DNA of 64,000 bases from Chitinophagales bacterium (lineage in GTDB: Bacteria > Bacteroidota > Bacteroidia > Chitinophagales > BACL12): assembly GCA_041392955.1 (NCBI GenBank), contig JAWKLB010000001.1, positions 37,344-101,343 of the forward strand. The letters are read 5' to 3'. Below the pieces are notes generated by a model. The model was given only the letters and a program-made list of their open reading frames with translations. It ran no database searches and was not told where the DNA came from. The translations under genes and the position numbers were made by a program. Of the stretch, positions 16,884 to 25,431 are shown piece by piece. How positions within the stretch are numbered: the first letter of the stretch is position 1; each line of letters begins with the position of its first letter.

Positions 16884-17131
16884 ATGCTAAAAATACAGTC
16901 TTTTTCTCATGTAGGATACATGTTCTTTTTTTACGTATCCATTTAACCGTATTGCCTGGGCCCCATCCGGTGGTTGTCAAACCCCTCCTATTGCTAATAT
17001 ATGCACCCTGAACTTATATCTATAGTATAATAAATACTTTTATTCTAATTGTTGAAAACAGCTTTGTACCAAATTACAGATGATCTTTTTTTATTTACGC
17101 AAGTATACTCTGCTAAAGTATCTTTGCTCCT

Positions 17132-17641
17132 ATGCCCGTTTCTTTTACTACATCTGTGCGCGCTATTTTCCATTGTTCCCTCGAACGTGCATTTAAAACA
17201 CCCATGCTCTGTGATGTTTCCAAGGTGCACACAGGATACGGCCTGATGCCTGCCATTACGCATTGCTCTGATGATGCCAACTGGGGAAAACCGGGCGGCA
17301 CTAAAAAAGTGTATGCCGCCAGGTCGCTGACTTTTAAAGGCGGCGAAGTGTCGATGGACAAGGTCATTGAGCGAGTGGAGAATAAATACTGGATCATTGA
17401 AGTAAGTGATTTCAAAAGCTGGATGCTGGGTTTCGATCGCTTCACGGGCACCTGGAAAACTACAGAGCTTGCAGAGAACACCGTCCAGATCGACTATACC
17501 TATACCTTACATGCACGCACTATTTTATTCTTTCCATTGAACTGGCTTTTTACCAAATGGTTCTGGCATGTGTATATGAAAAAGGTTATGGAGAATATAC
17601 GCAGACTAGCTGATAAGAAAGAACCTTATTTGTATCCCTGA
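17132..17641 (+). CDS. Hypothetical protein, possibly SRPBCC/START-like
   Basis: 169-aa ORF. The assignment rests only on weak resemblance to the polyketide-cyclase/START fold. The start is uncertain. Confidence 0.4.
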   Translation: MPVSFTTSVRAIFHCSLERAFKTPMLCDVSKVHTGYGLMPAITHCSDDANWGKPGGTKKVYAARSLTFKGGEVSMDKVIERVENKYWIIEVSDFKSWMLGFDRFTGTWKTTELAENTVQIDYTYTLHARTILFFPLNWLFTKWFWHVYMKKVMENIRRLADKKEPYLYP

Positions 17642-17689
17642 ATTGTCAAAACTTTGCTGTAGTTTTCTGATCCAAACCGGCACCATCCT

Positions 17690-18334
17690 ATGTCGCACGA
17701 AAAGGGTAATAGCAAAGACCTTGAAAGAGCAGTGATGTTCAACGATGCGGTGTTTGCTATTGTACTTACGCTCCTGGTATTGGAACTACGCCTTCCCGAT
17801 CACGCAGAAACAGAAACTCCTGTCGGCATGTTGCATGCTTTACAGGAGATGTTACCGCATTTCCTCGCTTTTTTACTCAGTGCAGTGTTGGTGGGCGGTA
17901 ATTGGATCTCTGTTTTCAATTTGCAAAGAACCCTGATACGCATCGATAATTTCTTTGTTGCCGATCTGGTATTGTACCTCATTATTATTTCGCTCATTCC
18001 GTTTTGTTGTTATCTGGTGGGGAATTATCCTGAGAACCCTATTTCCTTTGTAGCTTTTGGTGGGGTGTGTCAGGCTTTAGTGGTGAATTCCTTTTTCTTT
18101 ATCCGGCATTGCCGCAAAAAGAATCTTTTTCATCCGGATGCGGATCTGCCGGAAATAAAAAGGCTGGAAATGGCCTTGTGGATCATCTTCGTTTTGTTGG
18201 GTGGCATGATGTGGATCGCATTTTATAATACACATCTTTCGCTGATCTTATTTCTTTCCTATAACCTCATTCCGTTTTTTGTCACGCAACGTTTGAAGAT
18301 AAAAACACCAAAACAAGGCGACGGTTATTTCTGA
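17690..18334 (+). CDS. TMEM175/DUF1211 family potassium-channel homologue
   Basis: The signature RAVMFNDAVFAIVLTLLVLEL fits RxxxF(S/N)D at the start of TM1. About six hydrophobic segments are present. Confidence 0.7.
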   Translation: MSHEKGNSKDLERAVMFNDAVFAIVLTLLVLELRLPDHAETETPVGMLHALQEMLPHFLAFLLSAVLVGGNWISVFNLQRTLIRIDNFFVADLVLYLIIISLIPFCCYLVGNYPENPISFVAFGGVCQALVVNSFFFIRHCRKKNLFHPDADLPEIKRLEMALWIIFVLLGGMMWIAFYNTHLSLILFLSYNLIPFFVTQRLKIKTPKQGDGYF

Positions 18335-18470
18335 ACGTTGCACTAAGTGCTTCTGCGGGTGACCTAAATCTGTAAGCAGACGGTATAAAATCACCACATA
18401 TCGCTGGTAAAGCAGAGTATTTTTGGTCTGTATTCCGAAAATGGATTCCGGGAGATTGAAAAGATCCTAT

Positions 18471-19277
18471 ATGCGAGTGGAAGATAAAGTATAGGTTGTT
18501 ACCGGAGCAGGTAATGGTATGGGCAGGGAGTTGGCCTTATTATTATTGAAGAAAGGTGCAAAAGTAGCGGGCGTGGATATACGCACCGAATCCCTGAATG
18601 AGACCAAAAAGTTGGCGGGTGCATCGGCTGATCATATGTCTGTGCATGCTGTAAATATCACCGACGCTGAAGCGGTGCGATCGCTGCCGGAGCAAATCAT
18701 TGCAATACATGGTGCGATCCACGGACTGATAAATAACGCCGGGATCATACAGCCATTTGTGCGCATCAATGATTTGGATATGGAGCATATACAAAAAGTA
18801 ATGCAGGTGAATTTTTTTGGAGCCTTGTACATGACCAAAGCTTTCCTGCCACATTTGCTGCAACGCGAAGAGGCACATATTGTAAATACGTCGAGTATGG
18901 GCGGATTTTTACCTGTTCCGGGACAAGGGATCTATGGCGCATCTAAAGCGGCGATTAAACTAATGACTGAGGCGTTATATGCCGAATTGCGCGAGACGCA
19001 TGTGCATGTTTCTGTTGTATTTCCCGGTGCCGTGGGCACGCATATCACAGAAAATTCAGGAGTGGATATGCCAAATGTGGGAAAGGATATGCAGAAAGCA
19101 CAGGCCAAAACACTATCTCCCGAAAAAGCCGCCGCGATAATTGTGCATGGTATGGAGAAAAATACGGTGCGCATATTTGTCGGCAAGGATTCCAGATTCA
19201 TGGATAGATTATACCGACTAGCACCAGGTTTTGCCACACGTTTTATTGCGAAGCAGATGCGCGCTTTGTTGCATTAA
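18471..19277 (+). pseudogene. Short-chain dehydrogenase/reductase interrupted by an in-frame TAG at 18492-18494
   Basis: The reading is ATG(18471) MRVEDKV-TAG-VVTGAGNGMGRELA... The Rossmann TGxxxGxG motif starts 2 codons after the stop. The first ATG after the stop (18519) falls inside the motif. The remainder of the protein carries the NNAG motif and the YGASKAA catalytic motif. Confidence 0.7.
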
Positions 19278-19312
19278 GGTAAGTTGACCGGTAATACGTA
19301 TTTTTAATAGAT

Positions 19313-19942
19313 ATGCGCACATTGCTTGTCTTTGTTTTTGGGATTCTCAGCAGCACTCTCCTTAGATCTCAGGTCGGTTTAGGTGTTATTCAGGTGGATG
19401 TACAAACCACTTTTCAGATAGACCTTTTCGCAAAGTTGAGTGATACTATTCCGGCAAAACAATTGAATTTTGGTTTCGACGAGGAATCGTATACTATGGA
19501 TCTTGCAAATAGGGATTCGGTGGACACATGGTTTCATCCGGAAGCTTATTTTCCCGATTACGATATTTTTCTGCTGAGATGCATGGATACCCTGAGCGGC
19601 AGATATTTAATAGAGGTCGATAGTGGAACACATGCGCAATATTGGATCCCTGCCGCTGCTACCTATACATTCAGAAGTTGGAAAGATTTCCTTGAAAATG
19701 TGCTTACGATAGAGCGCTCAAATCCACAACCTATCTATACAGTACCTGATGAAAAGGCTTCTACATTGAAATATGATGGCCAGGATTGTTTTAGTGTAAA
19801 ACAAGTGCAGGGAGCCTGGATGGAGATCACCACCTTCGGACCATGTCTGGAGAATGAATGGACCGACAGTACACTTGCCTCCGGCTGGATCAAATGGCAT
19901 GATGGCCATACATTATTGATCAACTATTACCTGATCTATTAA
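19313..19942 (+). CDS. Hypothetical secreted protein
   Basis: Signal-like N-terminus MRTLLVFVFGILSSTLLRSQ. No family recognised. Confidence 0.5.
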   Translation: MRTLLVFVFGILSSTLLRSQVGLGVIQVDVQTTFQIDLFAKLSDTIPAKQLNFGFDEESYTMDLANRDSVDTWFHPEAYFPDYDIFLLRCMDTLSGRYLIEVDSGTHAQYWIPAAATYTFRSWKDFLENVLTIERSNPQPIYTVPDEKASTLKYDGQDCFSVKQVQGAWMEITTFGPCLENEWTDSTLASGWIKWHDGHTLLINYYLIY

Positions 19943-19949
19943 TCCCGCT

Positions 19950-20049
19950 CTGCAAAGTCTCCAGACTTGCAGAACTTTATTCAGGTCTCCGACCTGCATG
20001 CTCTGCAAAATCTCCAGACTTGCATAACCTTATTCAGTTCTCCGACCGT
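19950..20049 (+). repeat. Two long plus two short GTCTCC-core palindromic units
   Basis: Long units lie at 19950-19972 and 20003-20025. The short unit CAGGTC-TCC-GACCTG lies at 19982-19996. A degenerate unit CAGTTC-TCC-GACCG lies at 20035-20049. Confidence 0.85.
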
Positions 20050-20056
20050 TCCTTAA

Positions 20057-20563
20057 ATGCCATACATCAAAAAAACACTATTTTCGTCAACAAAATCTAC
20101 AAGTATGCCAAAAGGACTTTACATCGAAAAAAGTGTCGAAATAGCACGTTCAAAAAGCGAAGTATATAATTATTTAAAATATTGCAGAAATCAGGATCAA
20201 TTCTCTGTTTGGAATATGGCCGATCCGGAAAAGAAAACAAATTACACAGGAACGGATGGAGAAGTTGGATTTGTTTATTCCTGGGACAGCACCAACAAAA
20301 ACGTGGGCGCCGGAAGTCAGGAGATAAAGAAAATGAATCCGGATGAGCGCATAGAATATGAACTGCGTTTTGAACGTCCGATGAAGAACGTAGGTGTCTC
20401 TGTATTCACGCTTGCAGAGGCCGGAAGTGGGACAAAAGTTACCTGGAATTTCAGCGGTCCTACCAAGTTCCCGATGAGTTTATTCAAAGGCATGTTCCAA
20501 AAGATGTTGGGCAAAGACATTGCAAAAAGTTTAGATAATCTAAAGACTGTACTGGAGAAATAG
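20057..20563 (+). CDS. SRPBCC family protein (polyketide cyclase/dehydrase-like)
   Basis: IEKSVEIARSKSEVYNYL...FSVWN...VTWNFSG is typical of the family. The internal ATG at 20105 (MPKGLYIEKS...) is an equally plausible start. Confidence 0.6.
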   Translation: MPYIKKTLFSSTKSTSMPKGLYIEKSVEIARSKSEVYNYLKYCRNQDQFSVWNMADPEKKTNYTGTDGEVGFVYSWDSTNKNVGAGSQEIKKMNPDERIEYELRFERPMKNVGVSVFTLAEAGSGTKVTWNFSGPTKFPMSLFKGMFQKMLGKDIAKSLDNLKTVLEK

Positions 20564-20609
20564 TTCGATGTTGTTTATTTAATAAGTCGCTCCTAAAAAT
20601 CTTTCGAAA

Positions 20610-21203
20610 ATGGGTTTGGATGGTTTGGAATTATTGATGCGAATCGAGTCTTATTTTCAAATTGAAATATCAGATAGTGAAGCTGCGGAAATTTTTACGG
20701 TTTCAGATCTTATCCATTGTATAAAAGGTAAAATACAACCAGGGAAAAGTGATCATTGTCTTGGACAAGAACTGTTTTATCGAATAAGGCAATATTTTAT
20801 ACAGGAAAAGGGGTTTTTAAAGGAGCAATTAACACCGCAAACAAAATTGTTTGAGATATTGGGTAATGATAGAACCCATACCTGGAAGTCATTGGCAGAA
20901 TATATTGGCATGAGATTGCCCAAGCTGAATTACCTCGACACGCATCCGGAAGCCCCTGAACAAATAGCTGTCTTTGGGGTGCGGATGTGGTCAAGAAAAA
21001 AGCCGCTCACAGAAGGTGTAGTAAGTGATCTGGTGTATTGGATTATGGCGTTACAATATAAAGAATTGTTTAAACCGGGTTTACATTTTATGGATAAGGA
21101 TCTGGAAGCTATAACTATTGGGATCATTCATGATACATTGGGCGTTCCCGTGGATGAGATCGACCCGGCTAAAAGTATTGTCCGTGACTTGGGTATTGAA
21201 TAA
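20610..21203 (+). CDS. Hypothetical protein with carrier-protein-like half-motifs at both termini
   Basis: The N-terminus GLDGLELLMRIESYFQIEISDSEAAEIFTVSDL resembles ACP helix II-IV. The C-terminus IIHDTLGVPVDEIDPAKSIVRDLGIE resembles ACP helix I up to the DLG motif. Confidence 0.45.
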   Translation: MGLDGLELLMRIESYFQIEISDSEAAEIFTVSDLIHCIKGKIQPGKSDHCLGQELFYRIRQYFIQEKGFLKEQLTPQTKLFEILGNDRTHTWKSLAEYIGMRLPKLNYLDTHPEAPEQIAVFGVRMWSRKKPLTEGVVSDLVYWIMALQYKELFKPGLHFMDKDLEAITIGIIHDTLGVPVDEIDPAKSIVRDLGIE

Positions 21204-21272
21204 TGAGATAAAGAGTATAATGTAAATTATTTGCATTCAATTAAGACATTTATCATTTTATTAATAGAAGAT

Positions 21273-21665
21273 ATGCTCGATCCTGAAATTCTCCAATACA
21301 ACAAAAAACAATCCGCAGCAGAAAAATCCATATGCGATATGCTCGCTCGTGAAATAGACAAAGCGCTTCCCGATGCAGAGAACAAAATATGGCATGCGCA
21401 TCCTGTATGGTTCCTCGATGGTAATCCGGTAGCCGGTTACAGCAAACTCAAGGATAGTATACGGCTTTTGTTCTGGAGTGGTCAGTCCTTTGAAGAATCA
21501 AAATTGCAGGTGGAGGGAAAATTTAAAGCTGCGGAAATGCGCTATACGGCTGTCGATCAGATCGATACGGAGGATCTTGAGCGCTGGTTACAAAAAGCGC
21601 GTGCCATACAATGGGATTATAAAAATATTGTAAAGCGAAAAGGTGTGCTTCTGCGATTAAAATAG
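21273..21665 (+). CDS. DUF1801 (YdhG-like) domain protein
   Basis: The start is set at ATG 21273 (MLDPEILQY...). The pattern IWHAHPVWFLDGNPVAGYSKLKDSIRLLFWSG fits DUF1801. Confidence 0.6.
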   Translation: MLDPEILQYNKKQSAAEKSICDMLAREIDKALPDAENKIWHAHPVWFLDGNPVAGYSKLKDSIRLLFWSGQSFEESKLQVEGKFKAAEMRYTAVDQIDTEDLERWLQKARAIQWDYKNIVKRKGVLLRLK

Positions 21666-22020
21666 CGGCAACATTTACGTACAATTGAAGTGCATACTTT
21701 TCTGCAACTAAATGATAAAGTTTGAGGCAATTTGTAATTGGTTTCGGGGTATTGAATTTGGTTTGCCCTGTGTATATGGTATATGAAATCTGTGGAAGAA
21801 GAAGTCCATCCTCCAGTTTATGGGTTTTCCTACCTATGCCAACGGCCCATTCGCAGTCTTTGGCATACAGACCAACATGCCGTTCATGGCCGGATTTCTT
21901 ACCGTATGTGTCCTGCAATATATAGCAGCCTGCGGTATCTGTCAGGGTCTGAAGTGCTGTGCGATCCTCAGCATGTGTCTTATCCCGCTCGAACGTATGT
22001 ATTATTTTAGGTTTGCACAT
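21523..22020 (-). CDS. Hypothetical protein (doubtful model)
   Basis: This is the longest ORF in a 450-bp region otherwise lacking a call. Its 3' 140 nt run antisense through the DUF1801 gene, so the true end, or the gene itself, is uncertain. Confidence 0.25.
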   Translation of the reverse strand: MCKPKIIHTFERDKTHAEDRTALQTLTDTAGCYILQDTYGKKSGHERHVGLYAKDCEWAVGIGRKTHKLEDGLLLPQISYTIYTGQTKFNTPKPITNCLKLYHLVAEKYALQLYVNVAAILIAEAHLFALQYFYNPIVWHALFVTSAQDPPYRSDRQPYSAFPQL

Positions 22021-22120
22021 CCGTTCGGTCCTCCATTCGCTTTGGCACGCATTATTTTGCATGCACTTAGTTGGCGAACTTTAAAAGGTTGAGTTATCTT
22101 CCGGTATAGTTATCGCACGC

Positions 22121-23293
22121 ATGCAATTTTTACCTTTGTATGGATATATGCCAGGCTACACAGGACCCGAAGACATATTATATATTTCCGGAATAGTATT
22201 ATCTCTCTTCCTTTCTTTTATTTTATTTTCTAAAAATAAAAAGACGACGCCCGATATCATCCTCGGGATATGGCTGTTGGTTTCCGGTGCCGATCTGTTC
22301 ACCTTCTTTTTATTTTTTACCGGTGCATATACGCACATGCCCGCTGTTACGGCGCTTGGTTTCCCTATGCCACTCCTGCAGGGACCCTTCTTATTTTTAT
22401 ATACAAAGTATCAAACCGGAAACAATGCTTTTCGCAGGAAGGACCTTTTGCATTTTGCACCGGCTTTGTGTTCCCTTCTGATGTTTTTCCCTTTTTATTT
22501 GCTTTCATATGCCGATCAGGTAAGGGTGTTTCAGGAAGAAGGGAAAGGATATATGGTGCAGATGTCGGTCAATGTGATCGCCATTATGGTATCCGGCGTA
22601 ATATATATTGTTTTGTCGATGCGGCGCTTGCTTTCTTTTCGCAAAAAGATCGTCGATCGCTTTTCCAATACGGATAAGATCCGTTTCAACTGGTTATTAT
22701 ATCTTATTATTGGTATTGCATGTATTTGGGTCGTGATCCTGTTCGTAGGAGAGGACCACTTGATCTTTGCTTCTTCGGCATTATTTATTTTATGGCTTGG
22801 GTATTACGGTATTAAGCAATCACAGGTGTTTAATCAGCATGCCGAGGTGGACTGGACCTATTTTACAACGAGCCAAGACCATGTGCAGGAAAATGAGATG
22901 GATGGATCCGAGCACACTAAGGTAAAATACAGCCGTTCTGCGCTCCAGGCAGAAGAGGCAATCAGGATACACAATGCGCTGCAAAAACGGATGGCGGAGC
23001 AAAAACCGTTTACGGATCCGGAACTCACGCTCGATGCACTTGCAGCCATCTTACAGGTACAACCCGACCACCTGTCGCAGGTGATCAACAGCCTGGAAGG
23101 AAAAAATTTCTACGATTATATCAATACCCTGCGGGTAGAAGAGTTCCTGCGCAAAACGCAGAATGGGGATGACATCCGTTATACCTTGCTTGCACTCGCA
23201 TTCGACTGCGGGTTCAATTCAAAGGCATCCTTCAACAGGAACTTTAAGAAGATCATGGGCACCTCGCCGAGTATGTATTTGAATAAAGGTTAG
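22121..23293 (+). CDS. Membrane-anchored AraC family transcriptional regulator
   Basis: The N-terminal half has about 6 TM segments. The C-terminus LLALAFDCGFNSKASFNRNFKKIMGTSPSMY is an AraC HTH. Confidence 0.8.
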   Translation: MQFLPLYGYMPGYTGPEDILYISGIVLSLFLSFILFSKNKKTTPDIILGIWLLVSGADLFTFFLFFTGAYTHMPAVTALGFPMPLLQGPFLFLYTKYQTGNNAFRRKDLLHFAPALCSLLMFFPFYLLSYADQVRVFQEEGKGYMVQMSVNVIAIMVSGVIYIVLSMRRLLSFRKKIVDRFSNTDKIRFNWLLYLIIGIACIWVVILFVGEDHLIFASSALFILWLGYYGIKQSQVFNQHAEVDWTYFTTSQDHVQENEMDGSEHTKVKYSRSALQAEEAIRIHNALQKRMAEQKPFTDPELTLDALAAILQVQPDHLSQVINSLEGKNFYDYINTLRVEEFLRKTQNGDDIRYTLLALAFDCGFNSKASFNRNFKKIMGTSPSMYLNKG

Positions 23294-23510
23294 GGGTTAA
23301 GGGTTAGGGGTTAAGAGTTATGGGTTAGGTGTTAGGGCCGTTATTGTCCATAGTACTTACTTTATGTCAGACTGTGACTGCGACTGCGACTGAGACTGGA
23401 CCATTGGTCATGAGGGAAAGATAATTGTTTAAAGCACTGCCTTCACATGCAGGCAGACATTCACCACTCACCCCCAAAGGGGTCCAAAGGACATTCACCA
23501 TTCACCATTT
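23288..23510 (+). repeat. Mosaic intergenic element: telomere-like (GGTTAGG)7, AGTACT anchor, (GACTGY)5, mini-hairpin pair, (CATTCAC)n
   Basis: GGTTAGG GGTTAAG GGTTAGG GGTTAAG AGTTATG GGTTAGG TGTTAGG lies at 23288-23336 and contains the AraC stop codon. AGTACT lies at 23352-23357. GACTGTGACTGCGACTGCGACTGAGACTG lies at 23369-23397. CCCC-AAA-GGGG and GTCC-AAA-GGAC lie at 23472-23492. Confidence 0.85.
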
Positions 23511-23581
23511 TTAACAGGTATCATCCTTCCTGATGATACGCTCTGCGCTTGCGTTTGCGACATCTTCGCAAAAAAAAGACA

Positions 23582-24583
23582 ATGAAAAAGTTCTTAGGTT
23601 TTGTTGGTATCGCCTGGTTGCTGTTGCAGCTAAGTGCTTGCCTGCAGGTAGATGAACCCGGAAATCTGGTCCCGAAAACGGTGGATGAGGATGCATCACT
23701 TCCTGCTATTTATGTGAACGGCGTATTTCTGCATGCCGAGGCATTTGGCCCGCCGGATAGCACACTGGTCATCGTGTTGCATGGTGGTCCGGGTTCTGAT
23801 TACAGATATCTTTTGCATTGCAAAGACCTGGCAGATGCAGGCTATCGTGTGGTATTCTATGACCAGCGCGGTTCGGGTTTGTCGCAGCGCTTCGACGCGG
23901 ATTATTATCTGGACAAAAGGGAAGCAGCTTTGGATCTTATGTATGACGATCTGAGTGCGGTCATTGCCTATTATCGTACCTCTGCCGATCAAAAAGTATT
24001 TCTCATTGGACATTCCTGGGGTGCCATGATGGCAACGGCATACACCGGTAAACATCCGGATGATATTCAGGGTCTGGTGGCATGCGAGCCCGGCGGATTG
24101 CACTGGGATGATGTGCGCACCTATATCTCCAATGAATTTGAATTCGGATTCTGGGGAGAACAATTGAATGATGCAGCATATATGGATGCATTCATCAGCA
24201 CCTATGCCGATGCACATGAAGTGGCCGATTATAAATTAATGCTGATGGGATCGGAAAACAACATTACGGGTGAGCATAATGTTGCACCCGCAAGTTCCTG
24301 GAGAGCGGGCGCAATAATAAACGCAACCTTTCTGCAAATAGGTGAGACCTATCAACCGGATCTGGCAGAAGGGATAGAACAATTCCATACACCGGTCCTG
24401 TTTTTTTACAGTTCAGATAACATGGCTTATCCCGATAGTTGGGCAGAAAGAATAACCGATGTGTATGACACCGTTGAAGTTATAAAGGTGAACGGAACAG
24501 GGCACGATGGTATCATCACAGATGCAGAAAAATGGCAAACGGTTACCATGCCGCACATACTCAGTTATTTTCAATCCAGATAA
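23582..24583 (+). CDS. Alpha/beta hydrolase lipoprotein (proline iminopeptidase-like)
   Basis: The start is set at ATG 23582, giving a lipoprotein-type signal MKKFLGFVGIAWLLLQLSAC. It has HGGPGS and the nucleophile elbow GHSWGA. Confidence 0.75.
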   Translation: MKKFLGFVGIAWLLLQLSACLQVDEPGNLVPKTVDEDASLPAIYVNGVFLHAEAFGPPDSTLVIVLHGGPGSDYRYLLHCKDLADAGYRVVFYDQRGSGLSQRFDADYYLDKREAALDLMYDDLSAVIAYYRTSADQKVFLIGHSWGAMMATAYTGKHPDDIQGLVACEPGGLHWDDVRTYISNEFEFGFWGEQLNDAAYMDAFISTYADAHEVADYKLMLMGSENNITGEHNVAPASSWRAGAIINATFLQIGETYQPDLAEGIEQFHTPVLFFYSSDNMAYPDSWAERITDVYDTVEVIKVNGTGHDGIITDAEKWQTVTMPHILSYFQSR

Positions 24584-24593
24584 AAATAAATCT

Positions 24594-25265
24594 ATGCGAA
24601 TCAAATATGTAATGTTATTATGCATGCTGTGCGCAATGAGCGCATGTCTGCAAGCACAATATATCAATTGGAATACAACGGATAGTACTTTTGATCAATG
24701 GGTAAGCCTCAGCGGAAGCGTTGAGAACGGAGTAGTTTTTGACGCGGGTTATGCGCATAAACTACCTGTTCAGAAGTTGCCGTTGTTTCTGGATATACAT
24801 CTGATGACTTTATCCGGAGAAGATATCGGAGATGATATGGCGATCACTGCCGGTGTGCAAACACTACTTGTACAACATGGTTATTGGGGCCTGAGTGCGA
24901 ATGGTGGATTTTCACTGCGCAGAAATGAAAATGTATTTGCCCGTATGTGGGCGCCGGGTATGTATGCCGGTGTTGCCGGAGGTTATTATCGCACGCATTT
25001 CTTTTTACTTGCTGAAGTTGGGATAGATGCATCTATCGCTACACATATTCAGCATAGCGAAGCATATCTCGGTCAGTATCCCGATGCTGTCAGTGGGTGG
25101 TATGGTCCTTTTCCGGGGGGCGAATGGTCTTTTGGTATTACAGCCGGGAGCTCTATACATACATTGGATATATCTCTCTCTGCAGGAATATTGCGCAACA
25201 TGGATATCACATCTATACCGCTGATCCCATTTTATGGAAAGTTGGGATTGGCGTACCGGTTTTGA
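24594..25265 (+). CDS. Hypothetical outer-membrane beta-barrel-like protein
   Basis: The start is set at ATG 24594 (MRIKYVMLLCMLCAMSACLQAQ). The sequence shows alternating aromatic/Gly-rich strands and a C-terminal LGLAYRF. Confidence 0.5.
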   Translation: MRIKYVMLLCMLCAMSACLQAQYINWNTTDSTFDQWVSLSGSVENGVVFDAGYAHKLPVQKLPLFLDIHLMTLSGEDIGDDMAITAGVQTLLVQHGYWGLSANGGFSLRRNENVFARMWAPGMYAGVAGGYYRTHFFLLAEVGIDASIATHIQHSEAYLGQYPDAVSGWYGPFPGGEWSFGITAGSSIHTLDISLSAGILRNMDITSIPLIPFYGKLGLAYRF

Positions 25266-25431
25266 GCGGAAACTTATATAATGGCTGGCATGAAGCAGAA
25301 ATCGATGGTCCTGCTGCCAGCCATTGTTTTCTTTCAAAACCATGTTCATGATGAGCTTCGTAAAACCTTTGTAAAAGGAATAACACTACATACTAAAGAC
25401 AACATTAAAAGGTTTTACGCTAAACACACGT

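Noticed and set aside
23288-23336. TTAGGG-like repeats as a genuine telomere or linear replicon end
   Set aside because: The array is only seven units and is internal, with ordinary genes on both sides. Copies occur in both orientations at other internal sites (52204, 59963).
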